Shown here piece by piece: positions 10,288-19,346 of a DNA stretch of 51,983 nt. Both the position numbers and the translations under genes were made by a program. The notes under the pieces are model-generated. The model saw nothing but the letters and a program-made list of their open reading frames with translations, did no database searches and had not been told where the DNA came from. The first letter of the stretch is position 1; each line of letters begins with the position of its first letter. Origin of the DNA: Bacilli bacterium (GTDB taxonomy: Bacteria > Bacillota_I > Bacilli_A > RFN20 > CAG-826); the NCBI GenBank assembly GCA_045615545.1, contig JAZLFA010000041.1, forward strand, positions 1 through 51,983, read 5' to 3'.

Positions 10288-11271
10288 ATGATAGAAATTA
10301 AAAACTTAACTAAAGAATTTAAAAAACCAATCCGAGGAGAAGGTTTTTTTGGGATGTTTAAGTCCTTATTTTCACGTAAATATGAAGTTACTACTGCAGT
10401 TAATCATATCAATTTAACAATTCCTGATGGACAAATTGTTGGATATATCGGTTCTAACGGAGCAGGAAAATCAACAACAATCAAAATGATGTGTGGAATA
10501 TTAACTCCTAGCGAAGGCGATGTAATAATTAATGGTTTAAGCCCCGTTAAAAAAAGAAAATCAATCGCTAATGAGATTGGTGTAGTTTTTGGGCAAAAAA
10601 CACAATTGTGGTGGGACATACCATTAATTGAAACATTTAAAGTTTTAAAAGAAATTTATCAAGTTAGTGATGAAGATTATAAAAATCGAATGGAATTTTT
10701 AACTGATTTATTAGATCTAAAACCATTTATGCATCAACCAGTTAGAACTCTTTCTTTGGGACAACGTATGCGTGGAGATTTAGCTGCAGCTATGTTACAT
10801 AATCCAAAAATTTTATTTTTGGATGAGCCAACAATAGGGCTTGATATTTTAGTTAAAACTAAAATGCGTGATGCAATCAAGACGATGAATAAAAAATATG
10901 GAACAACTGTTATATTAACCACTCACGATATGGAAGATATTTCTGACTTATGTTCAAGAATTGTAATGATTGAAAAAGGAAACATTATTTACGATGGTTC
11001 AATTAAAGATATCAAGAAAAAGTTTGGTGATTTAAGAACGATCACAATCCCATACACAGGTGAAATAGAAAATATTGTCTTAGATACGTTTGATTTTAGA
11101 GTCAGCTATGAACATGTTGATGAAAATTTACTTATTAAATTTGATGGTGAACAAATTGAACTTGAAAAAGTAGTGGATTATACCTTTCACACCTTAAAAG
11201 CAAAAGAAATGAATATTAAAGAGATATCTCTTGAAGATGTTGTTAAACAAATAATGGAAACCGATGATTAA
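10288..11271 (+). CDS. ABC transporter ATP-binding protein
   Basis: GSNGAGKST, VFGQKTQLWWD, LSLGQRMR, LFLDEPTIGLD, TTHD. Confidence 0.95.
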   Translation: MIEIKNLTKEFKKPIRGEGFFGMFKSLFSRKYEVTTAVNHINLTIPDGQIVGYIGSNGAGKSTTIKMMCGILTPSEGDVIINGLSPVKKRKSIANEIGVVFGQKTQLWWDIPLIETFKVLKEIYQVSDEDYKNRMEFLTDLLDLKPFMHQPVRTLSLGQRMRGDLAAAMLHNPKILFLDEPTIGLDILVKTKMRDAIKTMNKKYGTTVILTTHDMEDISDLCSRIVMIEKGNIIYDGSIKDIKKKFGDLRTITIPYTGEIENIVLDTFDFRVSYEHVDENLLIKFDGEQIELEKVVDYTFHTLKAKEMNIKEISLEDVVKQIMETDD

Positions 11272-12136
11272 AAGTCTTAAAAAGTACATACCATTTTTTA
11301 AAGGTGGAATGATGAATTCGCTTGCCTATCGGGCAGCTATTTTAACTTGGCTAATTATTACTTTTTTAGAAGTTGTATGCGTAGTCTTTTTATGGAAAGC
11401 TGTTTATGATTGCGCGATTCCTGCTCCTGGACAAAGTGAGGCAATAATTAATGGTTTTACCTTTAAACAGATAATTGTTTATTTTGTATTTGTTAACATT
11501 ATTACCTTTGTTTCTTTTCCCGGAGAAACCCTTTGGAATATTAATGAAGAGATTAAAAAAGGCACGATTTGCATGGCTTTTACTAAACCAATTAGTTATC
11601 GAGGTAGATATTTATTTACCACATTTGGTTTAGTTGCTGTCTCATTTTTAATTTTTGGATTACCAATGTTTGCTATCTCTTACATTATTTTCGCTTGCAT
11701 TGGTTTTATTAAAATAACTTCAGTTGGTTCGGTATTCTTTTCTATATTTGCTTTTATAGTGTTAGAAATTCTTGCCGTAATGATTAATGACGCGATTGAT
11801 TATTTCTTTGGTATATGTTGCTTTTATAGTGCGAGTGGTTGGGGCATCAATTTATTCAAAACAGTTGTTGCAAACTTTTTAGGTGGCACACTTTTACCAT
11901 TAAGTTTTTTTAAATTTGGCAATGTAGATATTTCCAAAGCAGTGAATTATCTTCCTTTTGCAGGAATGGTGCAAAATCCTGTTATGGCGTTGATGAGCGA
12001 ATATTCTACTCTTGAGACTTATTTACACGTTATTCATACAATAGGCTTATCGCTTGTCTGGGTAATTATATTAGAAATAATTAACGCAATTTTCTTTGCT
12101 CATGCAAGTAAGAAAGTAACGGTGCAAGGAGGATAA
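11264..12136 (+). CDS. ABC-2 family permease (DUF990-type)
   Basis: AYR N-terminal motif, EIKKG..FTKP, GTLLPLSFF, C-terminal VQGG. Confidence 0.85.
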   Translation: MIKSLKKYIPFFKGGMMNSLAYRAAILTWLIITFLEVVCVVFLWKAVYDCAIPAPGQSEAIINGFTFKQIIVYFVFVNIITFVSFPGETLWNINEEIKKGTICMAFTKPISYRGRYLFTTFGLVAVSFLIFGLPMFAISYIIFACIGFIKITSVGSVFFSIFAFIVLEILAVMINDAIDYFFGICCFYSASGWGINLFKTVVANFLGGTLLPLSFFKFGNVDISKAVNYLPFAGMVQNPVMALMSEYSTLETYLHVIHTIGLSLVWVIILEIINAIFFAHASKKVTVQGG

Positions 12137-12137
12137 T

Positions 12138-12956
12138 ATGGGACATTATATAAAACTATATTTCACTTGTATCAAACGCTCGATAATGGGAAGAATGGAA
12201 TATCGTAGTAATTTATTTATTGGTATTTTTGCTTTTATTGTCTCTAATGTTGCTTCGATTCTTTCAATTTATTTTATCGTTAATTCCGTTCCTGAAATGC
12301 GTGTTGCTGGTCAAGGTGTATGGAATATTTGGGAAATAGGTTTTATTTATGGTTTTACCATGTTACCTGTGGGAGTTGACCATTTATTTACTGATGAACT
12401 CTGGTTGGTGGCGTATAGAAGAGTCAAAGATGGATCTTTAGATCAACATTTCTTAAGACCCGCTCCAACATTATTTATGGTTATTAGTGAAAACTTCCAA
12501 TTAGAAGGACTGGGCGAACTTATTGTAGGTACTGCGATGCTTCTTGTTTGCGGGCTTAATCCTAGTGTTCATGTTCTTATAAATGTTGGAAATGTATTCT
12601 TGTTTATTTTCGCTACAATATTCGGAGCGTTAATTATTACTTCTTTTAAAATTATGATTGCTGGATTAGCGTTTATTATTAAATCCAGTGGTCCAATTTT
12701 ACAAATTATTTATAACTGTAATACATATGTAAAATATCCCCGTGGAATATATCCTGCTGCTATTAAAATTATCTTAACTTTTATTTTCCCATTCATGGTA
12801 TTTGTATCTTTTCCAGTGGAAATATTTTTAGGTTTTTCGACTCTTAATCCATGGATGATTTCTGGAATTATTATTGGAGTAGCGGTGGGTTTATTTATTT
12901 TGTCTTTATTTGTTTGGTCGCTGTGCGCTAAACATTACGAAAGTACTGGTAGTTAA
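12138..12956 (+). CDS. ABC-2 family permease (DUF990-type)
   Basis: MEYR, VKDGSLD..LRP, YP..IYP, C-terminal YESTGS. Confidence 0.85.
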   Translation: MGHYIKLYFTCIKRSIMGRMEYRSNLFIGIFAFIVSNVASILSIYFIVNSVPEMRVAGQGVWNIWEIGFIYGFTMLPVGVDHLFTDELWLVAYRRVKDGSLDQHFLRPAPTLFMVISENFQLEGLGELIVGTAMLLVCGLNPSVHVLINVGNVFLFIFATIFGALIITSFKIMIAGLAFIIKSSGPILQIIYNCNTYVKYPRGIYPAAIKIILTFIFPFMVFVSFPVEIFLGFSTLNPWMISGIIIGVAVGLFILSLFVWSLCAKHYESTGS

Positions 12957-12983
12957 AAAAAGAAGAAATTAATCTTCTTTTTT
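12955..12983. terminator. Bidirectional terminator-like hairpin between convergent genes
   Basis: AAAAAAGAAGA-aattaa-TCTTCTTTTTT inverted repeat at the convergent stops. Confidence 0.6.
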
Positions 12984-13769
12984 AATATATTTTATATATT
13001 CTTGCTGTGAGGTATTTGCTAACTCTCGCATTTGGCTAATACATTTTTCGTGTAAATATTCTTTATTAGCACTTATACTTTCTCCTGGAAGTGGATAGAT
13101 AGGTTTACCTATTCTAATAACTTGTCGAGGAGTTTTTCTAAATTTACGTTTTTTCCATACTGTTACCATCGGAATAACAGGTGCGTACATCATGCTTGGG
13201 TATATAAAACTATTATTTGGGAAAGGTCTAATTTTTGTATAATATGGCCATATATGAGCTTCAGGATATATTAAAATTGCTTGATGTTTCTTTTTTACAT
13301 ACCACTCAATGGCGTCCATCATATTATGGAAATTATCGCGATCTTCTTTTTCTGGTAAAGGAATGTATCCTAACGCGCGGCATATGTTACGAACGATCGG
13401 CATTGATAAAGTATCGCTATAACCAATGATGTTAATACGCTTTCCAAAACTAATAAGCGATTGATATTTTAATACATCGGATATGGCAACGTGGTTAGCG
13501 TAAATAAAGCCACCTTCCTTTTTAATTTTCTTGTAGTGGCGGCGATTTTCTACTCTTATTCCATGTAAATAGCAATAAGTTGCTAAAATTGGGATAGCAA
13601 TTACGTGATATAAAATTCCGGAAAAGAAATTATTTATGGGATTAGTTCTTTTGTATTTATAGTTTTTAGGAACGCCTGGACGTTTTAATCCGAGTTCATC
13701 AAAATCATCATGGAGTTCGTCTTTCCAATAAATAGTTTTGCTTTTTTTCCATTCGTTATGCTTTGCCAT
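12969..13769 (-). CDS. Lysophospholipid/PlsC-family acyltransferase
   Basis: NHxxxxD (NHVAISD), IYPEAH, PVIP, IGKPIYP motifs. Confidence 0.85.
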   Translation of the reverse strand: MAKHNEWKKSKTIYWKDELHDDFDELGLKRPGVPKNYKYKRTNPINNFFSGILYHVIAIPILATYCYLHGIRVENRRHYKKIKKEGGFIYANHVAISDVLKYQSLISFGKRINIIGYSDTLSMPIVRNICRALGYIPLPEKEDRDNFHNMMDAIEWYVKKKHQAILIYPEAHIWPYYTKIRPFPNNSFIYPSMMYAPVIPMVTVWKKRKFRKTPRQVIRIGKPIYPLPGESISANKEYLHEKCISQMRELANTSQQEYIKYIKKED

Positions 13770-13771
13770 GA

Positions 13772-15067
13772 TTATTTAATGTTTTCGTGAGTAATGTTTC
13801 CGCTATGATCGACTGGTTGCCATGTTCTTCTTTTGCTAGGTTTAAATAAACCAACAAGAAATGCGTAAAGAATAAAAACGAAAAATAGCCAGTAGTTAGT
13901 GCATGTCCATACCGCAGTAGGGAAGTTAAACTTCAATTTTTTATTATCTTTAATAATAACTGCTAAAGCAATAAGGAAGAATGTCACGTATAAGATTGCG
14001 AATGAAATGAATGCTTGTCCAACAAAGTTTCCCGTAAATTCACTTTTATCAATGAGTGATAATAGTGATAACACAAATGATATTAAGAATAATAAGAAGT
14101 TAGATATCGTATAAAAAACAAAAGGATAAATTCCTAAATTAAATTCAAATTTAGCCCAGAATCTTTGCCTATCTGTCGTGCTATGATAGTCAATTTCAGG
14201 GTGAGTTTTAAATTCTTTTCTTTTTTCAAAATAACCCCAAATCCATCTTATCATTTGACGATGACTGCTTTTCCATGTTCCACCTTGTTCATCATAAAAC
14301 TCAATAAGTGGGTAATAACGCATATTAACATCGTGATAATAACACCATGTAGTAAGCTGAATATCTTCAGTCATCCCTGTAAATATCCATCCTCCTGCAT
14401 CATCAATAATTTCTCTATTAACAAAAAAACCAGTTCCGCATATCGTTGATTTCTTAAATAAATTTGTTCTCATTCTCGCGGTAAATGTATACATGTACGA
14501 GAAAAATATTGCGCTTATACAGGTAAGTGTATTCTCGCTCGCATTCGTATAATTCCTATATCCCATTCCAACTTGGACACCAGTTTGCCTTAAGTTGTTC
14601 ATTGTTTCGATATATTTAGGTGAAGCAACATTATCTGCATCAAAAATCATATACGCATCATAAACAAGATTATTTTCCTTAAAGTGATTAATAAGTTCTT
14701 GAATTGCAAAACCTTTTGTTCTTCTATTTTCTAAATTTTTTCTTACAAAATAGTGATAACCAAAACTGCGACAAATGATAGTAGTTGGATCATCTTCGCT
14801 TTCTACGATAACCCAAACATCAAAATAATTTGGATCGTATGTTTGTTTTTTCATACTAGATAATGAATTTTTAATTACTCTAGCTTCATTTCTAGCGGGA
14901 ATGATTATGGCAAACTTTGTTTTATTATCACTATGTGGTATCGGTTTTACTTTCTTCCCTGAAATTATTAATCCTGCAACATAGTACCAACCAACAATTA
15001 ACATAACAAAAAAGATTATGGCGACTGTGGTATTAATAACATTAAGCATTAATTGGTAATCAATCAT
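13772..15067 (-). CDS. Family 2 glycosyltransferase (processive type, membrane bound)
   Basis: IPARNE, KG, FDAD, TED and QxxRW (QMIRW) motifs; N- and C-terminal TM segments. Confidence 0.9.
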   Translation of the reverse strand: MIDYQLMLNVINTTVAIIFFVMLIVGWYYVAGLIISGKKVKPIPHSDNKTKFAIIIPARNEARVIKNSLSSMKKQTYDPNYFDVWVIVESEDDPTTIICRSFGYHYFVRKNLENRRTKGFAIQELINHFKENNLVYDAYMIFDADNVASPKYIETMNNLRQTGVQVGMGYRNYTNASENTLTCISAIFFSYMYTFTARMRTNLFKKSTICGTGFFVNREIIDDAGGWIFTGMTEDIQLTTWCYYHDVNMRYYPLIEFYDEQGGTWKSSHRQMIRWIWGYFEKRKEFKTHPEIDYHSTTDRQRFWAKFEFNLGIYPFVFYTISNFLLFLISFVLSLLSLIDKSEFTGNFVGQAFISFAILYVTFFLIALAVIIKDNKKLKFNFPTAVWTCTNYWLFFVFILYAFLVGLFKPSKRRTWQPVDHSGNITHENIK

Positions 15068-15140
15068 CTTTTATATTTTGCTTAATCTTACTTGTTTTAT
15101 CAAGATAAAAAAAGAATAATAATATTAGGAGGACTACAAA

Positions 15141-15680
15141 ATGAATTTAAAAGGTAGTAAAACAGAACAAAATTTATTAACCGCTTTTGCAGGTGAATCT
15201 CAAGCTAGAAATAAATACACTTATTTTGCAAGCAAAGCTAAAAAAGAAGGGTATGAGCAAATTGCCGCTATCTTCTTAGAAACAGCAGATAATGAAAAAG
15301 AACACGCTAAATTATGGTTTAAATATTTAAACGGTGGCGAAGTTCCTTCAACTATTGAAAATCTTAAAGCAGCTGCAAGTGGTGAAAACTATGAATGGAC
15401 TGAAATGTATAAAGAATTTGCTGAAGTTGCTAAAGAAGAAGGTTTTTTAGAAATTGCGGCTAAATTTGAATTAGTAGCTAAGATCGAAGCTGAACATGAA
15501 AAGCGTTATCTAAAATTATTAGATAATGTTCAAGGTGGAAAGGTTTTTATTGCTCCAGATGTTCAAGTTTGGAAATGCCGTAACTGTGGACATATTGTTG
15601 TTGGTAAGTGCGCTCCTGAAGTGTGCCCAACATGCAACCATCCAAAAGCATATTTTGAATTAAGAGCACAAAATTATTAA
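15141..15680 (+). CDS. rbr: Rubrerythrin
   Basis: [20 protein letters not shown] diiron motifs; C-terminal CRNCGH...CPTC rubredoxin site. Confidence 0.96.
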   Translation: MNLKGSKTEQNLLTAFAGESQARNKYTYFASKAKKEGYEQIAAIFLETADNEKEHAKLWFKYLNGGEVPSTIENLKAAASGENYEWTEMYKEFAEVAKEEGFLEIAAKFELVAKIEAEHEKRYLKLLDNVQGGKVFIAPDVQVWKCRNCGHIVVGKCAPEVCPTCNHPKAYFELRAQNY

Positions 15681-15690
15681 TCTAAAAATT

Positions 15691-15726
15691 AAGCCATTAC
15701 TAAAAAAATAGTGGTGGCTTTTTTTT
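15691..15726 (+). terminator. Rho-independent terminator
   Basis: AAGCCATTACTA...TAGTGGTGGCTT plus T run. Confidence 0.8.
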
Positions 15727-15772
15727 ATTTTCTTGATTTTTTAACTCGTATTATGGATAATATATAAGCACT

Positions 15773-15848
15773 GGACCATTGGTGTAGCGGTTAACATGTC
15801 TCCCTGTCACGGAGAAGACCACGGGTTCGATTCCCGTATGGTCCGCCA
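15773..15848 (+). tRNA. tRNA-Asp (GTC)
   Basis: Acceptor GGACCAT/ATGGTCC, anticodon arm TCTCC-CTGTCAC-GGAGA, T loop TTCGATT, G73, encoded CCA. Confidence 0.97.
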
Positions 15849-15891
15849 TTTCTATATCTAGCAAAATAAAAACTAGGTATATGTGTTATTT

Positions 15892-15967
15892 GGCCCGGTA
15901 GCTCAGCTGGTAGAGCAATGGACTGAAAATCCATGTGTCGCCGGATCGTCCCCGGCCTGGGCCACCA
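15892..15967 (+). tRNA. tRNA-Phe (GAA), atypical T loop
   Basis: Acceptor GGCCCGG/CTGGGCC, anticodon arm ATGGA-CTGAAAA-TCCAT, T arm GCCGG-ATCGTCC-CCGGC, encoded CCA. Confidence 0.95.
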
Positions 15968-15974
15968 TTAATAT

Positions 15975-16002
15975 AAAGCTTGATTGAGGTCAGGCCTTTT
16001 TT
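15975..16002 (+). terminator. Terminator of tRNA pair
   Basis: GCTTGA...TCAGGC hairpin followed by T6. Confidence 0.65.
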
Positions 16003-16090
16003 ATATAAAATTTAGGAAACGAGTGGGAATCCTGGGTAATTCAATTGCCGAGTAGTTCACTATAATGAATAAGTTAGGAGATAAAAACTT

Positions 16091-17041
16091 ATGGTAAAAA
16101 TTCGACATTATTTTATTACATTAGGCATTTTACTTGCTCTTCTTGTTGTTGGTGCTTGTTTAGATCTAAATTGTAGTGAAGTATTATTTAACGCTAATTC
16201 AAATTTTACCAGCGCGATATGTGCTAGTAATTATATGTTAATTATTTATTTCTTCCTATGTTTCTTGGGGTTAACGTTATTTCTAATAACGATTCCTAAA
16301 AATCGTGGGTGGTTAACATGGGGTCCATTTGTTATTGGAATACTTTTATTAGGCCTTTCTATTTATGAATACTTTAAAGATTTAATGGAATTTGGTGGAT
16401 CTAAATACTTTAATGGCACTTTTGAAAATAATATTTATGGCGAAGTGGGTATGTGGATTCATAACTTAGTTATCTTTGTTGCATTGGCTGTTTGTGTATA
16501 TTTGGCCTATCATTTCGTTTTCAAAAAATGCGATCAACAAAAAGTATTTACCGCCACTAAAATTATGGTTGTTATGTTTGTGTTAGAACTTGGCTTGTCC
16601 GTTGTCATTAAATATATTTGGTCTAGACCAAGACCATGGTATGTTTTTAGTGGACTTGATGGTTTAAAACCAGAAGAAATCTTTAGATATGTCTACCAAC
16701 CTCAACCATTTGCGTGCTTAAAGACTACTGGAGTTGTGCAATCTTCTTGGGTCAAATCTTTCCCTAGTGGACATACTGGTAGAGCTACAACTACATTTGC
16801 TAGCTTAATTGTTTTGGCTACTGTCTTCCCTAAATTTGATAATCGTTTTACTAGAACTTTGTTACTATATTTTGCAACGTTCTTCGCAATTTTTGTTGGA
16901 TTCTTAAGAGTGTTAGGTGGCGCTCATTTTTTAAGCGATGTTATGTTTGGGGCAATAATATCAATTACTGTTTGTTATTTTGTTCCTAAATTCTTAGAAA
17001 GCAAAAAGAAAATAGTATTTACAGATTCTAACAAAGAATAA
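16091..17041 (+). CDS. PAP2 family membrane phosphatase
   Basis: KxxxxRPRP, SFPSGH and RVLGGAHFLSD motifs; multiple TM segments. Confidence 0.9.
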   Translation: MVKIRHYFITLGILLALLVVGACLDLNCSEVLFNANSNFTSAICASNYMLIIYFFLCFLGLTLFLITIPKNRGWLTWGPFVIGILLLGLSIYEYFKDLMEFGGSKYFNGTFENNIYGEVGMWIHNLVIFVALAVCVYLAYHFVFKKCDQQKVFTATKIMVVMFVLELGLSVVIKYIWSRPRPWYVFSGLDGLKPEEIFRYVYQPQPFACLKTTGVVQSSWVKSFPSGHTGRATTTFASLIVLATVFPKFDNRFTRTLLLYFATFFAIFVGFLRVLGGAHFLSDVMFGAIISITVCYFVPKFLESKKKIVFTDSNKE

Positions 17042-17119
17042 CTATATTAATTGATTAATAAAAAGTACGGAATTATTATCAAAACGTGCCTTTAATTTTA
17101 AAAATTTTTAATTTTTCTC

Positions 17120-17147
17120 TTGCAATAATATTTTATGGTGGTATAAC
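17120..17147 (+). promoter_or_regulatory. sigma-A-type promoter with extended -10
   Basis: TTGCAA-N16-TATAAC with TG at the extended -10 position. Confidence 0.7.
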
Positions 17148-17217
17148 TATTAGCAATTAAAGAGTAAATCACCTCTTCGTTTCGTCCGAAATGACGTAAA
17201 ACTAGAGGAGGATTAAT

Positions 17218-17463
17218 ATGATTAACTCAATTGAAATGCCAGTAAGATTAGTAAATAACACCTATTACTCCTTGAGCATCGTAGGTGCTGGTAAAAAAAG
17301 TGACACCGATGGAATCTACAATTCCCGTCAACAAGCGGAAAAAGTAATGTACAAAATGGTGAAAAAACTTGGTACCAAAATCGTTACTACTTACGAAGAT
17401 CATCACGATAAAACATACATCTGTGATAATAATGTCAGCTTCTATATTCAAAGATATTGCTAG
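17218..17463 (+). CDS. Small hypothetical protein (81 aa)
   Basis: GAGGAGG SD, own promoter and terminator, many C-ending TAC/AAC/ATC codons. Confidence 0.8.
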   Translation: MINSIEMPVRLVNNTYYSLSIVGAGKKSDTDGIYNSRQQAEKVMYKMVKKLGTKIVTTYEDHHDKTYICDNNVSFYIQRYC

Positions 17464-17486
17464 TTGGCATTAGCAAAACCAAAACT

Positions 17487-17511
17487 AAAAGACGAGAAAT
17501 CGTCTTTTTTT
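17487..17511 (+). terminator. Rho-independent terminator
   Basis: AAAAGACG-agaaat-CGTCTTTT plus T run. Confidence 0.8.
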
Positions 17512-17550
17512 GTTTAACTAATATTTAAATAATATTATTATTATATTTGT

Positions 17551-19344
17551 ATGTTGTTCGGAAAATATGTAAACAAATTTTATAAAAAATATGCCTTCTT
17601 TTTTATTGCGGGCATACTTTTACTTATCGCTGTTGACTGGATTCAACTATATATTCCTGAATTTACTGGAAATATTGTTACTTTATTAACAGGTACCATT
17701 ACTCCTGAAGCAAAAACTCAAATTGGACTTTATATTTTATATATATTATTAGTCGCCGTCGGAATGTTTTTTGGGCGTTTGGGTTGGCGTGCTTGTATTT
17801 TATTTACTGCCTTAAAAATTGAACGAGATATACGTAGAGATATGTTTATGAAAGCGGAACGCCTTTCTTTATCATATTTTCACGAGAATAGTGTTGGCAC
17901 TGTTATGGCTTGGTTTACTAATGATCTTGATACTATTCAAGAATCATTTGGCTGGGGCATAAACATGATGGTGGATGGAATATTCCTTCTTATTTTAACA
18001 GTAGTTAAAATGTTTGTTAATGTTGACTGGTTCCTTTCCGTTATTGCTCTAGCCCCTGTTATTTTAATTGTTATTTGGGGAATGCTTGTTGAAAAAGCAA
18101 TGAGTGAACATTGGGACGCTAGACAAAAAAGCTTTGATAAACTATATGATTTTACCCAAGAAAACTTTACTGGCATTAGAGTAATTAAAGCCTTTGTAAA
18201 AGAAAACCAAGAGATTTTTGCTTTCTCCAAAGTTGCAAAAAATAATTACAATTCGCAATTCTCTTTTGTCAAAGTAAGCATTAGGTTTGATGTTGCAATT
18301 GAAGTGATTATTTCGCTTATTGTTGCTGTTATTCTTGGTTTTGGTGGATGGTTTGTTTATGCCGCTGCTTCGGGTAATCCGATTGTTATTGGCGGTTATG
18401 TGGTAAATCTTGAAACCGGTAAATTAGTTGAATTCTTAGGCTATTTTGATACATTAATTTGGCCATTAATTGCTCTTGGACAAATGATTACAATGCGCGC
18501 AAAAGCAAAAGCATCTTTAAGTCGTATTGTTAAATTTATTGACGCTCCCGAAGATATATCAGATCGTCCTGATAGTGTTGATTTAGAGGTAAAAGGTAAA
18601 ATAACATTTAGCCATTTCTTCTTTAAATATCCTGATAATGTTGATGAAGAATACCTTCATGATATTAATCTTATGATTAATCCAGGAGAAACAATTGGTG
18701 TAGTTGGAAAAATTGGCTGTGGTAAATCTACATTAATGAATTCTTTATTACGTCTATATAATGTTACTCCAAGAAGTGTGTTTATTGACGATGTTGATAT
18801 TATGGATATTAAACTTGAAACATTAAGGAAAAGTATCGCTGTTGTGCCGCAGGAAAATTTCTTATTCTCCGATACGATAGAAAGTAATATTAATTTCGCT
18901 AATAACGCGATGAGCCTTGATTTTGCTAAAAAAGCTGCTGCTTTTGCCGGCGTAAATGAAGATATTATGGGCTTTTCTAAACAATATAGCACTGTAAGTG
19001 GTGAAAGAGGAGTTACTCTTTCTGGTGGACAAAAACAACGTATCTCATTAGCAAGAGCGTTTGCTAAGGATGCACCAATTATGATTTTAGATGACTCTGT
19101 TAGTGCTGTTGATTTAAAAACTGAAGAATTAATTTTAAAAAATATTAAAGAACAACGTAAAGGCAAGACCACAATTGTAGTTGCCTCTAGAGTTTCTACC
19201 GTTTCACATTTTGATCGCATTATTGTCTTAAATGATGGTAAATTAGAAGCTTTTGATACACCGATAAATTTAATGAAGAATTCACCTACATATCAAAAGA
19301 TGGTCTTCTTACAAAAACTCGAAAAAGAAGTAGAAGGGAGGTAA
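17551..19344 (+). CDS. ABC exporter, TMD-NBD half transporter (YheI/MdlA-like)
   Basis: TMD with GIRVIKAF; GKIGCGKST, LSGGQKQR; degenerate Walker B ILDD and switch region lacking His (VASR). Confidence 0.92.
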   Translation: MLFGKYVNKFYKKYAFFFIAGILLLIAVDWIQLYIPEFTGNIVTLLTGTITPEAKTQIGLYILYILLVAVGMFFGRLGWRACILFTALKIERDIRRDMFMKAERLSLSYFHENSVGTVMAWFTNDLDTIQESFGWGINMMVDGIFLLILTVVKMFVNVDWFLSVIALAPVILIVIWGMLVEKAMSEHWDARQKSFDKLYDFTQENFTGIRVIKAFVKENQEIFAFSKVAKNNYNSQFSFVKVSIRFDVAIEVIISLIVAVILGFGGWFVYAAASGNPIVIGGYVVNLETGKLVEFLGYFDTLIWPLIALGQMITMRAKAKASLSRIVKFIDAPEDISDRPDSVDLEVKGKITFSHFFFKYPDNVDEEYLHDINLMINPGETIGVVGKIGCGKSTLMNSLLRLYNVTPRSVFIDDVDIMDIKLETLRKSIAVVPQENFLFSDTIESNINFANNAMSLDFAKKAAAFAGVNEDIMGFSKQYSTVSGERGVTLSGGQKQRISLARAFAKDAPIMILDDSVSAVDLKTEELILKNIKEQRKGKTTIVVASRVSTVSHFDRIIVLNDGKLEAFDTPINLMKNSPTYQKMVFLQKLEKEVEGR

Positions 19345-19346
19345 AA

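Noticed and set aside
16016-16066. GC-richer stretch with a small hairpin (GGTAATT-c-AATTGCC) upstream of the PAP2 gene
   Set aside because: It is too short, has no recognisable riboswitch or ncRNA motif, and lies upstream of the likely -10 (TATAAT 16061).
17172-17208. Hammerhead ribozyme, suggested by GGACGAAAC on the minus strand
   Set aside because: No CUGAnGA core is present at the required position.
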